This document shows positions 29,501 through 43,541 of a DNA stretch of 64,000 bases, piece by piece. The notes under the pieces were generated by a model, which had not been told where the DNA came from, did not search any database, and worked only from the letters and a program-made list of their open reading frames with translations. The stretch spans positions 21,390,001 through 21,454,000 of the forward strand of contig CM022673.1 in assembly GCA_012295275.1 (NCBI GenBank). The letters run 5' to 3'. Position numbers and translations under genes: made by a program. Source of the DNA: Chrysomallon squamiferum (Eukaryota; Animalia; Mollusca). The first letter of the stretch is position 1. Each line of letters starts with the position of its first letter.

Positions 29501-32500
29501 TCTCTCCAACTTCAGGAACATATAAAATCTCTACAGGTTCAACTGAACAACTGTGTTCAGTCAGCAAATGGTCTGAATGGATAAACAGAGATACACCTGA
29601 TACAGGAGAAGGTGATCATGAAGCATATACAACAGAGGAGCTGATGAAATTCTGTCCAGGTGGAGAAATCACTGACATAGAATGTGTAACAACAGATGGC
29701 ATTGCCTCGTACAGTTCAGGAGAAATTAACACTTGCAAGAAAGATACTGGATTAAAGTGTGAAAACAAAGACAATTTCCCTGTTCCTTGTTCTGATTACA
29801 AGATAAGATACTTCTGCAAATGCTCTCCCGTGGTGACATCATCTTCATTATCCACTGGACCCTCAACAGCCACACCATCTGCTACACAAGAAACGACATC
29901 TTCTGTCTCTCCAACTTCAGGAACATATAAAATCTCTACAGGTTCAACTGAACAACTGTGTTCAGTCAGCAAATGGTCTGAATGGATAAACAGAGATACA
30001 CCTGATACCTGATACAGGAGAAGGTGATCATGAAGCATATACAACAGAGGAGCTGATGAAATTCTGTCCAGGTGGAGAAATCACTGACATAGAATGTGTA
30101 ACAACAGATGGCATTGCCTCGTACAGTTCAGGAGAAATTAACACTTGCAAGAAAGATACTGGATTAAAGTGTGAAAACAAAGACAATTTCCCTGTTCCTT
30201 GTTCTGATTACAAGATAAGATACTTCTGCAAATGCTCTCCCGTGGTGACATCATCTTCATTATCCACTGGACCCTCAACAGCCACACCATCTGCTACACA
30301 AGAAACGACATCTTCTGTCTCTCCAACTTCAGGAACATATAAAATCTCTACAGGTTCAACTGAACAACTGTGTTCAGTCAGCAAATGGTCTGAATGGATA
30401 AACAGAGATACACCTGATACAGGAGAAGGTGATCATGAAGCATATACAACAGAGGAGCTGATGAAATTCTGTCCAGGTGGAGAAATCACTGACATAGAAT
30501 GTGTAACAACAGATGGCATTGCCTCGTACAGTTCAGGAGAAATTAACACTTGCAAGAAAGATACTGGATTAAAGTGTGAAAACAAAGACAATTTCCCTGT
30601 TCCTTGTTCTGATTACAAGATAAGATACTTCTGCAAATGCTCTCCCGTGGTGACATCATCTTCATTATCCACTGGACCCTCAACAGCCACACCATCTGCT
30701 AAACAAGAAATAACACCATCAACTTCTGTGTGTATTGGTAGTAAATGGTCACAGTGGATAAATAGAGACAGACCAGACATTGGAGGTGGGGACTTTGAAA
30801 CATTTACACCTGATGAGTTTGGTGCATTTTGTCCAGGAGGTGAAATAGTCAATATTGAATGTCAGACAGTCCAGAACATTTCAGTCAGTAGCTCAGGGGA
30901 AGTGGTATCCTGTGACAAAGATAGAGGCTTAAGATGTGATAACAGTGATAATTATCCTATTCCTTGCTCTGATTATAAAATCAGATACCTCTGCAAATGT
31001 ACATCTAGTGTTATTCCAACAGGCAGTGTAACATGGATTAATCCAAGTTTTGACCCAAGCAGGACACCAACAGCTGTCACTGATGTGCCTCCCCTCCAGA
31101 CATGTACACAGAGCTCTTTATCTCCATGGGTAAACAAAGACACTCCTGATACTGGAGATGGTGATCATGAATTTCTCACAAAAGATGAATTGGCAAGATT
31201 TTGTGTTGGTGGAACTGTCACAAGAATTGAGTGCTATGCTGGGGATATTCCTTTTGCCAGTACAGGAGAAATTGCAACATGTGATCTACAAAATGGTTTG
31301 GTTTGCAATAACAAAGATAACGAACCTGTTCCTTGCAGTGACTATAAAGTCCGATATTTATGTGAATGCAGTGGTAAGTGACCTTATTAGTTTTGACAGT
31401 TGATGTTTAATAGGACAGTTTAACTTTTAATTCTTTTATATTTGTTCTTACCCCATTCAACCATGGGTGTAAAAATAATATGTAAAATTAATAAATGGTA
31501 TTCTATTTTTAAATCGTTTACAATAGTTATTTTGGCAAACTAAATAATATTATAAACTGGGTTATATATATTTTCTTTTCATGAATATTTTCTTAATTTT
31601 TAAGGTAAAGCAACAACCATCTCCTCAATGTCACCATCAACTGTTAACAGCAAGTTGTCATTACAGTGTGCATGGTCACCCTGGCTTAATGCTGACAAGC
31701 CAGACAATCTTGGAGATCTTGAAACCATTGATGCCTTAAAAACTCAGTTTGGTGTATGTAAACATATGGTAGACATTGAGTGTAGAATTGCTGGCACAAC
31801 AACACTGTCTAAAGATGCAGGACAAAATCAGATTTCTTGTGACATCAACAATGGTCTACGTTGCTATAACAATGAACAGTTTAATTCTCAGTGTTATGAC
31901 TATGAAGTACGTGTTCTTTGCTGGAGTTCCCACTGCACAGGTATTTCAACTGTCATTTATTAATAACTTTATTAGATTCCATTTGTTTATTTACTATTGT
32001 TTTGTTTGGGGGTTTTTGTTTGTTCTTATTAAAATAATAATTTGGGAAAATGCAATTTTTTAGGTTAAAATATTAATCCTATTTTAACATAATATTATCT
32101 TAGTACAGAATTTTAATAATACAAAGGGTATGAGCTTTTGTTCTGTATTTAATATAAATAAAAATAAAAATACTTGTAAATCTTTTAAAGCAAAAAACAA
32201 ACTTTTCGAATAAATGTTTTGTATTCAATATCAAAAACAAAGTTTCTGAATTATTTTGTTTTAAAAGATAAAAATTATTTTATTTAACCAGTATGACATG
32301 CATAGTAAATAGTTTTTAAAATGTTTAATTCTTGATATTTCCATTAAAATTAAATTAAAAACAGTTTCCAAATATTTATTATAAACTTATTATTATCTTT
32401 TGTCTATCATTTTACATTCTTACAATAGCATAAACACAATGTAGAAACTTTCTTTCAGGAATCAAACCTACTCCACCACCACTTATAACTCCTGGTATTG

Positions 32501-33601
32501 AACCTTCTTTAACTCCATCAAAAGCACCAGCAGCCACACCATCAAAAGGACCTGGCACAGAGATTAATAAACCACATCTAACAACAACACCACCGAGACA
32601 GAAATTTGAAGGTACAACAACAGGTAATATACTATGTTATTTGTCTTTAATATAAATTAATAATCTCAGGTCATTCATGTATAACATGTGTAAAAAATAT
32701 AAAAAATAAAATAAAATAAAAAATATTTTGTACTTCTGCATGGGTCAGATTCCCTCCCTCCCTGTTTCCACAGTGGGATATAAATAGTGTTGTTTTCACT
32801 TTTTGTGTCTGTAAGTGTGTGCATTTCTATTCAGACTGATATTGTAGTTATACTTACCTGTCCTGATCCTCATACACTGGATTGGACCCATTCTGATTCT
32901 ACAGTATGTATGTTCTATAAGGACAGCCACTCTCAAAATACAAGTTAAATTTTTATTTTACATAACAAAAAATACTGCCTTCATTTTAAAATAATATTTA
33001 GATAATTTTTTTATTGTTATTGAAAGTTTGGGAAAACTTTTGTATTTAAAACATTTGTTTTCTCATTTTTTACCCTTATATTTGCATTCACAAAATGTAT
33101 GTGTTCACATTATTTTATGGCATATAATATTGTTAGACATATTTTTTAATTCTGTAAACAATCTTCTATTTTATGCAGCTGCATGTCCAACTGGCAGCTA
33201 TTGGGATGCTTGTGCCTTTACATGTGAACAGATGTGCCACTCTGCTGCTAGTGATGTCTGTGAAGGCGAAGCATCTACACAATGTGTACCTGGATGTTTG
33301 CCAATAGGACAGGCAGCAAAGCAGTGCAACACAGGAGAGCGTCTGAAAGCAAATGATCAGTGTGTTAAGACGGAAATGTGTACTTGCAGGAAACAGGACA
33401 ATACCATAGCATTGGTGAATATCACATATGTATTATTTTATAAGTAAGCTTTAACAAAATACAGATGCTATCTGAGAAACATAAAACAGTTTTATTGACA
33501 TAGAAATTGTAAGGATGTAGTTAATATATTTATTAATATGTTTAAAGTTCAAGTAGATTTTTTTTTAAATTTGAAAGATGTAAAAAGAGTGAGAAAAAAA
33601 A

Positions 33602-33644
<43 letters not shown>

Positions 33645-36600
33645 GTAATGCTGTCATACTTTTCTAAAAATGCAAGCTACTTATAATTGAATATTAATGT
33701 TCTGATGTTTAGCCAATGGAATACTGGACAAATCCCTTAGATTCCTGTTCAAAATGTCACTGCTTCAATAATACAGTATTGTGTACATCAAGTACATGCA
33801 AATCAACAGCAGCATCAACAGCAAAACCATCAGGCCACCTGATTATTCAGCCTCAGTGTTACTGGACAAACTGGATCAATGTGGATTCACCACTGAGTGG
33901 TGATGGGGACCATGAACTGCTGGATGAGATCAGGAAGACCAACAAGCTTTGTAGTTTGCCAATACAAATAGAATGTCGAGAAGTAACAACTCACAAACCT
34001 GCTGCAGATGTTGGAGAGACTGTCACTTGTGATGTAACAAAAGGTTTTACCTGTAACAGGTGGCAGAATGGTGGACATTGCAGTGATTATGAAGTTCGAT
34101 TCTACTGTCCATGCATTAGTAAGTTTTTAAATGGTTCTTTGCTAAGGCTGGCTTGATATACATATATTTAAGAAGAAAATAAATGAATCTGAGATGCTTA
34201 AATCCAGATAAATTATTAGAAATAACTCAAATAATTAAATTGACTCATTTTGGGATAAAATGTCTGTTTTAATTTGATTTATGTAAATGTAAGTATATTT
34301 CAAAAGATTTTAAGTTAATTAAAGTTGAATTTTTTGTCATTTGTATGTTACAAATCTTTTTAGCACACAAAACACCAACTGCAGGACCAACAGCTTCACC
34401 ATCAACAGATGTTCCAATACAGTCTACAGCTTCTCCTTTTTGTGGCTGGTCACCATGGTTCAACAATGACCACCCAGACAACACAATGCCAGGAAAAACA
34501 CAAGGAGGTGATACTGAATTAGTAACAAAGTTGATATCATCAAAGTCTGTTTGTGGATATGACCAGATGACAAAAATACAATGTAGAGTGGTTGGAACAG
34601 CCACCATGGCTCAGTCTTCAGGACAGATTGTTACCTGTGACTTGGTGAGAGGTCTGAGGTGTGATGATTCTAAACAACCTTTTGGGAATAAATGTCATGA
34701 TTATGAAATCAGAGTATTCTGTGACTGTTCTCGCCTGACAGCAACTCCTACACTATCACTTCCAGTGTCTGTAAAATCTACTGTAGGTCCATCAAGCTGT
34801 GGCTGGACTCCTTGGATGAATGGACACTGGCCAAATGGCATTGGAGAGATTGAAATTCTACCTAATCTGAGAAAAATATATAGATTCTGCCAAACATCTG
34901 ATATAACAGCTGTTGAATGTCGAGATGCAAAATCTCATATGTTATCCTCTGATGCAGGTCAGACAGGTGTAGTTTGTGATCTGAAGTTCAGTGGTCTCAT
35001 CTGTAAAAATGAGAAACAACCAACAGGTCAGCACTGTTTTGACTATGAAATTCGTTTCCTTTGTGAACCAGCATATTTGGATTGCAGCAGCCCTACACCG
35101 TCATTGACTACCTCTGGAACACCACAATCCCCCACACCTGGACCAGTAGGAAATGCAACTGCTCATCCTAATAAGACATGTTCTGGCAAGTGGTCACAAT
35201 GGTTTAACACAGACAGTCCAGGTACTGGTGATGGTGACAGAGAGAATATCTCACTACAGGAACTTAACACCAAATATAATTTCTGCAGCAATGGGAAGGT
35301 GACTAAAATTAACTGCTTTTCAAATGATATGGATGTTTCATATGAATCCACTGGTGATATACTGGTTTGTAATCTACATCAAGGATTGATCTGCAAGAAT
35401 AAAGATAATGATCCTATCCAGTGTCAAGATTACAAAGTACGATATTACTGTGAAGAATGTAAAACACCAACATTAACACCACCACTGACAGAAAACCCCA
35501 CTCCTCAACCATCTGTCAAGACTGGTTCAACCAACATTCCAGTTGTGAATTATTCTACTGACCAGCCAACACCTCATCAACCTTTAAACAAATGTACAGG
35601 TAAATGGTCACAATGGTTTAACAGGGACAAACCAGATTCTGGAGATGGAGATAAAGAATATGTATCACCTTCAGAGCTCAAAAGCAAGTATAACTTCTGT
35701 ACTAATGGAAATATCACAAAAATTGACTGCTATGGACTTGACACTGATGCTGTGGCTTCTTCAACTGGTGCAGTTATCACATGTAACCTGCAGCAAGGTT
35801 TTATTTGTAATAATGCTGATAATTTCCCCATACCTTGTGAAGACTACAAAATTCGCTACTATTGTGAAGAATGTGTAACTCCTACTCTGGCATCACAAGT
35901 TACTACTGATATATCAAAAACATCATTTGAGAACACAGTGAAGCCATCACCTACTAAATGTACAGGTTCATGGTCTGATTGGATTAATAGAGACAAACCA
36001 GACACAGGTGAAGGTGATTTTGAACATGTTTCAGAGATTGACCTGAGGAACACATATAAATTCTGTAATAGAGGCAAGATCACAAATATTGAATGCTATG
36101 GTCTTGACACACAAGCTAGTTCCTTATCCACAGGTGCAGTACTGACATGCAATCTTGCAAAGGGTCTAATTTGCAAAAATGCAGATAATTTCCCTATACA
36201 GTGTGAAGATTACCAGATCCGTTACTACTGTGAAGAATGTTCACCAGTACCAATTGGTGTCAAAAATCCTACGAAGGCACCAACTGCAAAGCCAACTCTT
36301 GAGCCTGTAACAGGTTCTAAAAAAACTCCAACAACAATGATGACTAAAAATCCAACAATGTCATCCTGCTGGTCTCAGTGGTTTAACAACGACAAACCCA
36401 GTACAGGAGGTGGTGACTTTGAATATATCAGTGTTGCAGATCTGAAGTCTAAATACCATTTCTGTTCTGCTGGCAGCATTATCCAGATTGAGTGCATTGA
36501 TGCTGAAACAAATATCTCCTCAGCTTCAACTGGAGATCTTCTTACATGTGACCTTCAGAATGGATTAATCTGCAGAGAATCAGAAAATGCACCAATTCCT

Positions 36601-37206
36601 TGCCATGACTACAAAATAAGATATTATTGTGATTTATGCAGTAAGTATCTCTGCATATGTAAGTGGCTGGTTTATTTAAAACAGATTCAAAAGAATTTGT
36701 AATAAAAAGAATTAATTGTTTACTATCAAACAAGTTTAGCTATGTGATCACAACTTTACCTAACAAAATGTAAAAAAGAATAAAATAAAATTAAAAAATT
36801 AAAAAAAATTAATCCTCACAAAATCAGAAAGATCCTTTATAATATATTTAACATTATTACTTAAATATATTGTAAAATATATTGCAATTGAAATTTTAAT
36901 CATATTTATTTTGTCAGCTAAAGAATATAACAAGATAACAGAAAATGTGAAACATACAACACCAGATAATACAATGACTTTCATAACATCACCTTCACCA
37001 GTATCACCTCTCCACAAAGGTTAGCAATACTCATTATTTATAAATATTAATAAAAGTTTCAGATATGCTATTTCATCCAAATAGATGCATTTTCACAGGA
37101 ATAAAAACATTTGATTATTAAGATTTAATATTTATTTTCTTATATTTCTAAATCTTATTTAAAATATTTTTGGAAAAAAGAACTAAAAACAAAAAAACAA
37201 GCAGAC

Positions 37207-37238
<32 letters not shown>

Positions 37239-40200
37239 CATTTTGTAAACTTGATAAAACAGAACATGAAATTATGACTTACAACTTATAAATCTTCTAT
37301 TTTAAAAGTATGTGCAAACCCTATGGATCAACCCATGTCAATAACTGTGCCAGACTATGACTTAACAGCATCTTCTAGTGCATCAGCTTATACAGGAGTC
37401 CAGCAGTCACACATATATTCTATGCCTGACACCATCAACAGTGGAGCCTGGATTCCAAAGCACATTGACAAACAGCAGTGGATTCAAGCTCGTTTTGAGT
37501 ATCCTCAGGTATGCTATATTTGCAGTTCAGTTGTTTAGTTTAATGTGACAGCATATAATATTATTATACCATGAGCAAAAAATATGTTAATTTTTCAACA
37601 AGGTTAGTGTTATGTTATTTATTTAATCTTCAATTACAATACTTAAAATAAAAGCACAGTATGCAGAATACATTAGTTTTTAATTTATTTTTAATTATGT
37701 TAACAATACCATAAATACGTAACTACATAAAATTAATATTACATTTTATACACTTGAAAATTAATCTACAGCTCATTCTCAAAGTTTGAGTTATCTCTGA
37801 TAAAGTGGACTGATAATAAAATATAAAGAAGATTACTCACTCTGTTATTCCAACAGTGATTGTATTAATGTGAGAAATGTTTCACAGTGAAAATAAAAAA
37901 ATTAGTATTTTCTTTGTAGACAGTTACTGGTATTGTTACAAAAGGGAGAGATGGATTCAATCACTGGGTAACATCATACAAAATTCTCTATTCCACTGAC
38001 GGTTATAATTTCTACTACTATGAAGAAACACCAGGACAACCAAAGGTAATTTTTTTGTTTTTATTTGTAGACTCTTTTATAGAATTAGACGTTAGTTAAC
38101 ATATAACAAAATAAAATAAACTATAGCCATGGAATATTGTTGTTTTTTTCAGTTCAGACTACTTATTACAACATATATAGGTTTCAGTTTATACACTCAT
38201 TTATAGTTTTAAAATTTTTATAATTGTCATATTTTGAAAACTTTAGTGAACACTTCACCTCAGTTTTCGTAATGTGTTTAACTACTTATTGTTATGTTAG
38301 TGTTATGTTAAACAAATCATCTTATTGTTGTACTTGAATTTATCATTTCAGATATTTACTGCAAACATTGATGGTTCAAGTGCTACAAAGCATATCTTGG
38401 CTCCAATTGTTGCTAAATACATACGAATTCAACCTGTAACATGGCATGGCACAATTGCATTACGTTTTGATCTTATTGGATGTACAGGTGACTATTTTAT
38501 TCTGAGATACTACAGTTTATGTGACATCAGTAAAAATCTTTCATTAAAAATAAATAAACATACTCTTATTACATGAGAAAAAATAAATACATGAAAATGT
38601 TTCATCACAACTGTGTATAGATTTATATTTGATTAATGTTTTAAAGTGATTCATGATAAAATTATCAAACTAGTTTTGACTTTGGAGTGCCACACAAATG
38701 ATACTAGAAATTTCTGATTGCTCTTGACAAAGCTGGAAACTTTAGATTATTATCATGTGTACTATCATAACTAATAAATGAGATATCTCGTATATACTTA
38801 TTATATTCTTTTCTTATTTTTTGTATTGATTTCTTTGTAGCTCCTACACCAACAGCAACAGCAACACCTCAGCCTACAGCCAAACCTCCCATGGGATCAA
38901 CTGCATCAGTGTGCACCAACAGTTCGTGGTCACCTTGGATTGACAGAGTGAACCCTGGGGATGGAAATGGTGATCATGAAGCAATGACAAGTTCAGAATT
39001 ACAACAGTTCTGTCCAGGAGGCAAAGTGGATCAAATTGAATGTGTGTCTGTTGATGCTGATATTCCATACTTCAGTACTGGGGAGGTGGTCACTTGTAAC
39101 GTCATCTCTGGACTGAAATGTGATAATGCTGACAACGAACCTATTCCTTGTCAAAACTACAAGATTCGATATCACTGTGAATGTTCAGGTAATACCTGTA
39201 ATCATTCAATTTAGTTCAGACAAATGTAAATAATACTCCAAAGGAAGTATGTTGATGTCATATTGTAATATGCTGTAGAAACAGTTTTTATTTTTGAAAA
39301 GGAATTTTAATAATAAAATATTTTTTATTAGTAATATTAATAATAGAACACTGCATGTTTGCCTTATTGATAAACAAATGTATTGGTTTTCTTATTAGTG
39401 AGAGGTAAATCCTGCCTTGTTTTTGTTTTGTTAAATGTAAAGCATTTTCTTAATCAGATAAGTTCTATAATCAATAATAAATATTTTATGCTGATTTTTC
39501 CCACTAGCTTCTAAACCAACAGCTACACCAACACCTCAGCCAACAGCCAAACCTCACATGGAATCAACTGCATCAGTGTGCACCAACAGTTCGTGGTCAC
39601 CTTGGATTGACAGAGTGAACCCTGGGGATGGAAATGGTGATCATGAAGCAATGACAAGTTCAGAATTACAACAGTTCTGTCCAGGAGGCAAAGTGGATCA
39701 AATTGAATGTTTGTCTGTTGATGCTGATATTCCATACTTCAGTACTGGGGAGGTGGTCACTTGTAACGTCATCTCTGGACTGAAATGTGATAATGCTGAC
39801 AACGAACCTATTCCTTGTCAAAACTACAAGATTCGATATCACTGTGAATGTTCAGGTAATACCTGTAATCATTCAATTTAGTTCAGACAAATGTAAATAA
39901 TACTCCAAAGGAAGTATGTTGATGTCATATTGTAATATGCTGTAGAAACAGTTTTTATTTTTGAAAAGGAATTTTAATAATAAAATATTTTTTATTAGTA
40001 ATATTAATAATAGAACACTGCATGTTTGCCTTATTGATAAACAAATGTATTGGTTTTCTTATTAGTGATAGGTAAATCCTGCCTTGTTTTTGTTTTGTTA
40101 AATGTAAAGCATTTTCTTAATCAGATAAGTTCTATAATCAATAATAAATATTTTATGCTGATTTTTCCCACTAGCTTCTAAACCAACAGCTACACCAACA

Positions 40201-43200
40201 CCTCAGCCAACAGCCAAACCTCACATGGGATCAACTGCATCAGTGTGCACCAACAGTTCGTGGTCACCTTGGATTGACAGAGTGAACCCTGGGGATGGAA
40301 ATGGTGATCATGAAGCAATGACAAGTTCAGAATTACAACAGTTCTGTCCAGGAGGCAAAGTGGATCAAATTGAATGTGTGTCTGTTGATGCTGATATTCC
40401 ATACTTCAGTACTGGGGAGGTGGTCACTTGTAACGTCATCTCTGGACTGAAATGTGATAATGCTGACAATGAACCTATTCCATGTCAAAACTACAAGATT
40501 CGATATCACTGTGAATGTTCAGGTAATAACATGTATCTTACAAATTGATTCATGTTGTCACTGAAATTAACATATGTTCATGAAAAAATTAAAAAATCTA
40601 AATAATTTTTTAAAATGTATTTATAATGAATCCAGTTCAGTGAAAGAGTATAATATATTTATTAAATCTTGTAATACTAAATAATAAACATGTAGGCTGA
40701 AATTGCTAAAATTTAACCTCAGAGGTTTAAATATTAATATAATTATATTGTTACATGGCATAAGATGAAAACAGGCTGCATAAATGTAATATAGACTATT
40801 GACTTCAAATATGCCAAATAAAAATAATATAATTATTAATTTTTTACTACAAATTAAAAAAAACTTTACTATTATTTTCAGGACAAACACAAAGCCCACC
40901 TTTGCCTGGACCTGTACATAATCCAACAAAATCACCCTTTACCAATGCTCCAACTGAAAAACCAGCAACAGGTCATGATGGTTTTCCAACAGCACATCCA
41001 CCTATAGACAACTTAGCTATACAGTTTACTCCATTACCAACACCAAAAGTGCCAGGTACTGCTATAATGAACACTCAGATGGTCACATTTGTATTTTTTC
41101 TTTTAAGATTTTGTCAGTAAATGTAATAACAATTTCAATTTTCCTAACTTTTCTTGACATTTAGATACAACTTGGAATCTGGTTTTTAAAGAGATGTTTG
41201 TTACGTTTGTTGAAGTATAATAATATCAGTACATGTATAGAAATAATAAAGATGAATTCCAGCTTCAAAATATAAAAAATTAAATTTTACAATTACATAG
41301 AACAATCAAAGTTCATATTTTAGTTAATTTGTGTAAAATGCAAAGCAAATTATATAAATATATCTGGTATAGTGTCCACCTGTTTTCAAATAAATATACT
41401 AAAATTTTATTTTAAGAAGTCAAATTTAAAGTTATGTAAAGTGGAGAATGCTTGTGACATGTATATTTAATTGCTGCTACAGATTCCTGTACAGTAGAGA
41501 TGGGAATGAAAAACCATCAAATTCGTGATTCCATGTTGAGTGCTTCCTCCTATTACGATGGTCGACATACACCACAGAATGCACGTCTGGGGTCATCAGG
41601 GTCATGGCTTGCTGCAGTTGACAATAAACAACAATACATAGAGATTGATTTCTTGCAACCCACCATCATTAGTGCAGTCACAACACAGGGCAGGCCTGAT
41701 GCACCAAGTTATGTAAAATCCTACAAACTGTTTTATTCCAGTGATGGCATAAACTGGAATCCTTACAGAGAAAATAAAACTGTAGATAAGGTATAAACCC
41801 TTTTTCATAATTCATAGCTGAAAAGCAGGAACAGATGATCTAATCTCTGTAAGAAATGGAATGTTCATAATAAGATTATTTTCTCCGTGTCTGAAATTAT
41901 TTTATGATAAATTAAATACAAATTGGAAGGCATCCATTATTTCCTTAAAAAACAAATAATATTCAATTTAATATTATTTTTGATATCTTAATATCTAAAA
42001 TTAATTCAATAATAAAACAAGTGTTATATTTCCAGGTTTTCACAGGCAACTTTGACTCGGTGACACCAGTTACAAACATGTTGCAGATTCCTCTTAGAGC
42101 CAGATACTTGAAAATCAACCCACAGACATGGCTTGGTAAAATTGCCATGAGGTTTGAAATCCATGGTTGCTTCAATCCATATCCAAGTATGTTGGATCTT
42201 TTTCTTTTCTTTTGATAATTGATATTCATAGCAGATTTGAAGTGTATTGTTAAAAATATGTTTTATTGTCAAAAATCGACTGGTTCACAACATTAAAAAC
42301 CAGATTAAAATAAAATGTGCTTTATTTTATTTAATGTCTAGGTTAGGTAACTAAGCATTAATTAAAATATATCTAACTACATTTATTTGTCTTAGCAAAT
42401 GGAATAATATTTGATTTAAAATGAAAATAATTAGAATAACAGCTGAATGTCAAAGATTTTCATTTTATGTTTTTGTTAGTGTTTCATCTGATATATTTGC
42501 CTCATATCTTTTATAAAAAAAACATTTTTCATTTTTGTTTCTTATTTTGATATGTACTTATTCTTGTTTTACAGCTGCTGCCCCACCATTCCCACACATG
42601 GACAAACCAACAGCACAACCAACAGCTGAGCTGCCTGCAGGAGCAACACCAACAATGAGTCTTATATCCTATCTGCCTGCAGGATGTGTAGTGTGGGATG
42701 ACTGGCTCGACCTTCACCCAGTAACTTTGACTTCCGATGGTGACCTTGAACCTATTAGTGATATTTCCCGTGCCACTCAGACCTGCAGACATCCCATTGC
42801 CATAGAGTGCAGGACAGCCACGCCAGATCACACACCTTACGACAAGACTGACCAAGTTGTCAGATGTAACATGTGGGAAGGACTGGTGTGCAGAAACAGT
42901 GATCAGAACAACTCAGAGCTGTGTTATAATTATGAAGTGCGAGTTAGCTGTGTCAAGAGTACAATGGCTTGCTGTGAGTCACACAAAACATATTTTCTTT
43001 ACTGATTACCACCGTAATTAATATTTTAAATTAACATATTTTATATAGGCTTACTAAGATAAATAAATATGTTATTAAACTACATTCTTACCTTTGCAAC
43101 ATATTCATAATAACAGCATTATTATTTTTTTTTTCAATAGTGTTAACATTTTATATTAGAAATTATTTATCAGTGACATTAAAACAATGATGTAGTATGG

Positions 43201-43507
43201 TGTATATCATCCATTAACTTTTACAGAAAGTAAGCACTTCAGTTGCTGGGGTAGTAAAAATATATTCAATTGTGGAAGACATTGTTTTACATTTTAGTGT
43301 CTAAACTCCCAACTGCTATGCCAACTCCTGCACCAACACCAGGTCCATATTTTAAAAACATTGCTCCTTGCTTCTCTGGGATGGACGTTAGTGCTTGTCC
43401 ACACGATGGCTGTCCAGCTGATCAGTTCTGTGATGGTCTGAAATGTGTGCAGAAAGTTGAGTGTCCATGTCTCATCAACAACAAAGTGGTTTTGGTAAAT
43501 TTTCATA

Positions 43508-43541
<34 letters not shown>

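Noticed and set aside
32850-32860. ATACTTACCTG, identical to the 5' end of U1 snRNA
   Set aside because: The downstream sequence does not continue as U1 (no GCAGGGG stem, no Sm site at the expected distance). It is better read as an antisense donor-like motif.
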